Source of the DNA: a virus
IMG/VR virus record: IMGVR_UViG_3300037502_002304
Coordinates: 1 to 64,000 of that record
Direction: 5' to 3' (one strand)
DNA length: 64,000 bases
The notes below the pieces were generated by a model. The model ran no database searches, was not told the DNA's origin, and saw nothing but the letters and a program-made list of their open reading frames with translations. This document shows positions 60,418 to 64,000 of this stretch, piece by piece. Within the stretch, counting starts at the first letter, position 1. Each line of letters opens with the position of its first letter. The translations under genes and the position numbers were made by a program.

Positions 60418-60747
60418 TTATCTCTTTATATAATCTTCGGTTAAACCAGCTTCACTAACTTGATTTCCATATTTATCTGCTACAAAAAAACCATAGCAAG
60501 TAAATATTTCTGCATCAAATTTTCCAAAGGCCACATAACCTTCTTTAAGAATTATTTCTTCTTCTGTACCTATATTTACACCAAATACTACATGATCTCA
60601 TACTTTGTATGTAGTATCTCCTATTGTTACGAATGTTGCATCAGAATGTATTTTTGAGTCTTTATGCACATCTTTTTCAGAGGATTCATTTGTTAAAATC
60701 GAAACAAATTTTCTATATGATTGTTCCAATTCTTCTGAAGTTTTCAT
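60418..60747 (-). pseudogene. 109-codon gene broken by one in-frame TGA (60598-60600)
   Basis: MKTSEELEQS...GDTTYKV*DHVVFGVNIG...EDYIKR*; fills the intergenic gap exactly. YKV*D suggests GGA>TGA in a YKVGD motif. Confidence 0.6.
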
Positions 60748-60773
60748 AGTTATAATTTTAATTATATTATAAT

Positions 60774-60805
60774 AAAAAGTGCCAGTCTCTCCTGGCAGTC
60801 ACACC
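60774..60805 (-). terminator. stem-loop plus T-run (terminator or small RNA element)
   Basis: - strand GGTGTGAC-TGCCAG-GAGAGA-CTGGCA-CTTTTT. Confidence 0.5.
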
Positions 60806-60852
60806 TATAGAGTTTTTAAACGATAATCATTTTATTATAGAAATATAAATTA

Positions 60853-61053
60853 TTATTCGTTTAAATATTCATCAATTTCATGTGATTCTACATAACCTTC
60901 TGAAATTTCTTTTAATCTGTGTTCAGGTACAAAATAAGCTGAAGAGCCTACTTTAGATAATAGAGGTTCATCATTAATGAGAATACACTCATCAAACCAT
61001 TCTTTATCCATTAATATCTGAGAAAATGGCCATTCTACAATTACATATTTCAT
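60853..61053 (-). CDS. hypothetical protein
   Basis: 66 aa; YVIVEWP.SQ.LM..EWF and SAYFVP. Confidence 0.6.
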   Translation of the reverse strand: MKYVIVEWPFSQILMDKEWFDECILINDEPLLSKVGSSAYFVPEHRLKEISEGYVESHEIDEYLNE

Positions 61054-61070
61054 AATAATTTCATTATTTA

Positions 61071-61367
61071 TTATTGTTGAGGTTGAATATACTTTTTATA
61101 AATAGTATTTGCTATTTCATCACAATCAAGTTCTCTATCTTGGGGATAGTAATTTTCTAATATTATATCTTGTATGTCTTTGATAATTGCATATTTATCT
61201 AAAAACTTAAAGTTTTGATTATGTTCTTTTACTAAATTTTCAGCACTTTCTATATTAGTACATGTACCAATTACCTTTCCTTCTGCAGTTCTAATTTCAT
61301 GTCTAAGTTTGTCTAAAGGACATACAAACCATTTTTTAGCATAAACGTTTATATTATTTGCTTCCAT
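61071..61367 (-). CDS. hypothetical protein
   Basis: 98-aa ORF. Confidence 0.55.
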   Translation of the reverse strand: MEANNINVYAKKWFVCPLDKLRHEIRTAEGKVIGTCTNIESAENLVKEHNQNFKFLDKYAIIKDIQDIILENYYPQDRELDCDEIANTIYKKYIQPQQ

Positions 61368-61444
61368 TGTTATAAAGTTTTATTTAGATATGGTTAATAA
61401 ATTAAATAGTAGCAGTACTATAATAGTACCACTACTAAAGATAA

Positions 61445-61831
61445 TTAAATTATTTCCCAACTCTTCACTTTGCCCCCTAAATGTTCGGCAATCTCTTGAA
61501 GATGTGGTTCAATCTTTTCTTTGAATGAAGCATGTTTCCAATTCTGAGCAAGTTTACCCATCGGTGATCTTAACCACCTATGTAATCCTTCCTCAGGTGG
61601 AACAGGTCTTTCTAAAGCATGTTTAATGAAATGATAACTTAAAGTAATGACCTGAGTAGCTTCTTTATACTCTGGTCTTACTACTGCCTTCATTGGTTCA
61701 GTAATAGTCATCTTCTCTTCTTTAGAGAAAGAATTTTTGACATTAATTTTGGCTTCTTTATAAACACCCTGGCGTACCAAGTACTTGCCTCTGCTAACAG
61801 TCAGCAAGATTTTTGAAGTAGAATCAATCAT
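61445..61831 (-). CDS. hypothetical protein
   Basis: 128-aa ORF. Confidence 0.6.
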   Translation of the reverse strand: MIDSTSKILLTVSRGKYLVRQGVYKEAKINVKNSFSKEEKMTITEPMKAVVRPEYKEATQVITLSYHFIKHALERPVPPEEGLHRWLRSPMGKLAQNWKHASFKEKIEPHLQEIAEHLGGKVKSWEII

Positions 61832-61866
61832 TATAATAATATAGGTTATATAATAATATAAATTTA

Positions 61867-62310
61867 TTATTTGTTTTGGTTTATAGCTAAATTCTTAGGA
61901 TTCCAGTAGGTAATACATACTGGATAATATAACATACTCATATCTGTACCAATCTCAGCAACTACTTTATTAGTAACTGCATCAGTTATCTCAAGTATAT
62001 CATAACAAGCTTGTATACTGAAAGCATCTAATATGCTTGGTTTCATTTGGCATATTACTTTCTGTGGTGGAAATGTATTAGACACCTTCTCTTCTGTTAT
62101 CTCTAGCTCTCCTAAGAATGACCTTTGTCCATCATCAGGGTTTTCTACTGCTTCATAAGTAATGCCATCTAATATAAACCTGACAACATTTACTTCAACA
62201 GTTTTATCACGAGTATCTTTTATAGTCTTTTTAGAAATATCAAACCCTGACAACATATGCTCCCCTACTAAGTCTTTCAAAGTAATATTATCTCTTATCG
62301 GGTATTCCAT
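61867..62310 (-). CDS. hypothetical phage protein
   Basis: 147 aa; FILDGITYEAVENPDDG.RS motif. Confidence 0.6.
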   Translation of the reverse strand: MEYPIRDNITLKDLVGEHMLSGFDISKKTIKDTRDKTVEVNVVRFILDGITYEAVENPDDGQRSFLGELEITEEKVSNTFPPQKVICQMKPSILDAFSIQACYDILEITDAVTNKVVAEIGTDMSMLYYPVCITYWNPKNLAINQNK

Positions 62311-62340
62311 AGTTACAAATGATTATTTTGGTTAATGAAT

Positions 62341-62377
62341 AAAAGACTCCTTACCCTAATGGTTAGAGTAAGAAGTC
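62341..62377 (-). terminator. intrinsic terminator after 62392..62946
   Basis: - strand GACTTCTTACTCTAACC...GGGTAAGGAGTC then TTTT. Confidence 0.55.
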
Positions 62378-62391
62378 CATATTATATTATC

Positions 62392-62946
62392 CTATGCTTC
62401 TCCAGAGATGAGGGTTTCAAGGCTTGCAGATGGGGTGGATTGTTTAGCAGCCTCTGCAGCTTCTTTCTTCACATCCACTCTCTCAGTTACTTCAAGAGTA
62501 TCGTGTCCTTTCTTCTGGAACTCATCGTGGCTACAAATTTGGGTAGTCCTATAGATAGGTTTACCATTATTCAGAAGGATATTACCATTTCTATCAACTC
62601 TTGGTTGTTGTCCATCAAACCAAGCTTTAAGGCTATCCTTCACCCTAATAGTTCCAGGAATAGTAGCTCCTTTTGGAAGGTCTTGAGCCACTTTTGCAGA
62701 AGCATTCTGTATAGCTCTCATATATACTTCTGTAGAGCTCCATCCTAACAACTGAGCACCCAAATCAGATACTTCAGTATTAGAGCTAGGAAGTCCTGTT
62801 ACTTTAGCCATGAAGTACAGATTTACATACTCTTCATTAGAGGTCTGTACTTTATCAATAAGCACTAATTTACCTTCATCCAGAGCTTTTTTAATCTCTG
62901 CATTGGCTAACAGTTCTTCATTGGTTAAATTCCTGTTCAAATCCAT
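62392..62946 (-). CDS. crAss-like early protein, putative ssDNA-binding protein
   Basis: C-terminal G.ILLNNGKPIYRTT...D motif, as I recall from crAss-type proteins annotated as SSB; own promoter-like motif and terminator. Confidence 0.45.
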   Translation of the reverse strand: MDLNRNLTNEELLANAEIKKALDEGKLVLIDKVQTSNEEYVNLYFMAKVTGLPSSNTEVSDLGAQLLGWSSTEVYMRAIQNASAKVAQDLPKGATIPGTIRVKDSLKAWFDGQQPRVDRNGNILLNNGKPIYRTTQICSHDEFQKKGHDTLEVTERVDVKKEAAEAAKQSTPSASLETLISGEA

Positions 62947-63010
62947 AATTTATGATTTTAAAGTTAGACAATATATTAATTTAATTTAAGCACTGTGCAG
63001 TGCCATAGTT

Positions 63011-63048
63011 TCGAAAGGGATGCAACGCAGCGAGTCCCATTTTACTAT
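63011..63048 (-). promoter_or_regulatory. 38-nt conserved motif, copy 1 (candidate phage-RNAP promoter)
   Basis: + strand TCGAAAGGGATGCAACGCAGCGAGTCCCATTTTACTAT; 30/38 identical to 63785..63822. Confidence 0.55.
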
Positions 63049-63093
63049 AGATTATAGGTTATAGGATTATTGATTAAGGGACTATTGAGTTTT

Positions 63094-63130
63094 GGGCTAT
63101 GGGCTCTGGGCTTGGGGGGTTGCGGGGCGG
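63094..63130 (+). other. G-quadruplex-forming motif
   Basis: GGG-CTAT-GGG-CTCT-GGG-CTT-GGGGGG-TTGC-GGGG-C-GG. Confidence 0.55.
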
Positions 63131-63148
63131 CGTAGTAGTGGAAATAAA

Positions 63149-63175
63149 GAGCAGTTTAACCACATGCTCAGGTGG
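63149..63175 (-). ncRNA. compact H-type pseudoknot candidate
   Basis: - strand CCAC-CT-GAGCA-T-GTGG-TTAAAC-TGCTC: S1 CCAC/GTGG, S2 GAGCA/TGCTC. Confidence 0.5.
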
Positions 63176-63180
63176 GATGT

Positions 63181-63429
63181 TTAACCTTTAGGCCACACTC
63201 TACGTCTATGTGGCCTGTAATTACGATTAGTACAAGCATAATATTGCCCCTGTACTATCGATTCTTTAGCAGCCTGATTAATTTTTTCACAAACAATCAT
63301 AGCTGACCTACTGTAACCTACCCTCGTCCCTGAATATATCGGACTAGATAGGGTATTTTTTCTATCCCCAAGTTCACATAATATATTATGAACTTTAGGG
63401 TTTGTGGAATATATTAACTTACCCCTCAT
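63181..63429 (-). CDS. small basic hypothetical protein (start revised to MRGKLIY)
   Basis: The ATG at 63429 overlaps the end of an upstream 29-aa ORF. Confidence 0.5.
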   Translation of the reverse strand: MRGKLIYSTNPKVHNILCELGDRKNTLSSPIYSGTRVGYSRSAMIVCEKINQAAKESIVQGQYYACTNRNYRPHRRRVWPKG

Positions 63430-63508
63430 GATTCTTCCTTTTAACATTATTATACCATACAATAATAATTATACTCCATACTGCTAATGTTGCTAAGAAT
63501 GTTATCAT
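63419..63508 (-). CDS. 29-aa single-TM peptide
   Basis: MITFLATLAVWSIIIIVWYNNVKRKNHEG*, translated by hand. Confidence 0.45.
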   Translation of the reverse strand: MITFLATLAVWSIIIIVWYNNVKRKNHEG

Positions 63509-63519
63509 AGTACTATGTT

Positions 63520-63738
63520 TTAATGATTAATAAATCTCAATCGTACTCCAACTTTACCATTACCATAACGATACATCCCATCAGTTGGTATATTTAGGTC
63601 ATCGCATTTCTTCAGGAATAGATAGGCATCAGATTCATTATTAAAACCTTCTATAGTATCCCATACTGCCCTAAAGTTTAACTTTATATTAGGCTCTAAT
63701 TGTCTACCATACTCCATTAATTCCTCTATAATAGTCAT
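63520..63738 (-). CDS. hypothetical protein
   Basis: 72-aa ORF. Confidence 0.55.
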   Translation of the reverse strand: MTIIEELMEYGRQLEPNIKLNFRAVWDTIEGFNNESDAYLFLKKCDDLNIPTDGMYRYGNGKVGVRLRFINH

Positions 63739-63784
63739 GATAATATATTTTAATGGTTAATATTAAGAGGTACACATCAGGATT

Positions 63785-63822
63785 TAGAAAGGGAAGCGTA
63801 GCTACGAGTCGCATTTTACTAT
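63785..63822 (-). promoter_or_regulatory. 38-nt conserved motif, copy 2 (candidate phage-RNAP promoter)
   Basis: + strand TAGAAAGGGAAGCGTAGCTACGAGTCGCATTTTACTAT, ~47 nt upstream of the 63738 start. Confidence 0.55.
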
Positions 63823-63885
63823 TGAGTATAGATTATAGTATTCTAGGAAAGGAAAGGCAATAGCTAATAACTACTGCCTATTATC

Positions 63886-63999
63886 CTAATAAGTATCTAC
63901 TATAGAAGCATCCTCAGGGTCAAATTCTATGTAGTCATCAGGTATTTTAGGAACATCTAATCCCCTGCGTTTAGCCTCTTTTGATATCCTCTGTATCCA
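63886..63999 (-). CDS. 3' end of a hypothetical protein truncated by the window edge
   Basis: ...WIQRISKEAKRRGLDVPKIPDDYIEFDPEDASIVDTY*. Confidence 0.45.
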   Translation of the reverse strand, partial: WIQRISKEAKRRGLDVPKIPDDYIEFDPEDASIVDTY

Positions 64000-64000
64000 C

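Noticed and set aside
61407-61437. Hairpin TAGTAGCAGTACTA-TAA-TAGTACCACTACTA, and a similar one at ~63855-63879
   Set aside because: Most simply ordinary intrinsic terminators right after stop codons; nothing further supports a novel role.
31824-62748. Plus-strand ORFs inside the early/middle module (e.g. 31824, 37647, 46253, 55002, 60460, 62335)
   Set aside because: Antisense shadows of better-supported - strand genes; 60460..60657 is the shadow of the TGA-broken gene.
63149-63183. Stop-codon readthrough signal (stop plus pseudoknot)
   Set aside because: The stop is TAA, and the downstream frame runs into low-complexity C-rich non-coding sequence.
1-64000. Stop-codon reassignment (TAG>Gln or TGA>Trp), as in some crAss-like phages
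   Set aside because: Very long ORFs are intact in the standard code, TGA and TAG end real genes (ATGA overlaps), and no suppressor tRNA was seen. The single in-frame TGA fits a point mutation.
1-64000. CRISPR array, tRNA genes, integrase/transposase, DGR reverse transcriptase
   Set aside because: By eye I found no regularly spaced repeats, cloverleaf/T-loop signatures or matching protein motifs. A tRNAscan/CRISPR scan was not run.

Overview
About 64 kb of an AT-rich bacteriophage genome with the layout of crAss-like phages (Crassvirales), and Bacteroidetes-type TAnnTTTG promoters pointing to a Bacteroidota host. The + strand (1-28921) is the late/virion module: the end of a repeat-rich tail/fibre protein, lysis-like membrane proteins, tail ring and stabilisation proteins, cargo proteins, a 3785-aa virion RNA polymerase polyprotein (DFDID motif) and a 1289-aa virion protein. 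The - strand (29000-64000) is the early/middle module: phosphoesterase, ThyX, secreted lysozyme-like protein, PolA, dUTPase, a class II RNR split by an 838-nt group I intron carrying a LAGLIDADG endonuclease, PhoH, RtcB, nucleases, UDG, primase, SSB, AAA ATPase, DnaB-like helicase and many small ORFs. Four things stand out. (1) A peptide/amide-ligase cluster (ATP-grasp, amidoligase, class II GATase with a hydrophobic leader, COOH-NH2 ligase, GGCT) bracketed by two tandem paralog pairs. (2) A tail-adjacent gene with a ~50% identical paralog in the opposite-strand module. (3) A dense non-coding block at 63.0-63.2 kb, with a repeated 38-nt mini-hairpin motif (candidate virion-RNAP promoter, second copy at 63.8 kb), a G-quadruplex motif and an H-type pseudoknot. 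(4) Several gene relics and structured intergenic RNAs. All product calls come from motif recognition by eye; no database searches were run.
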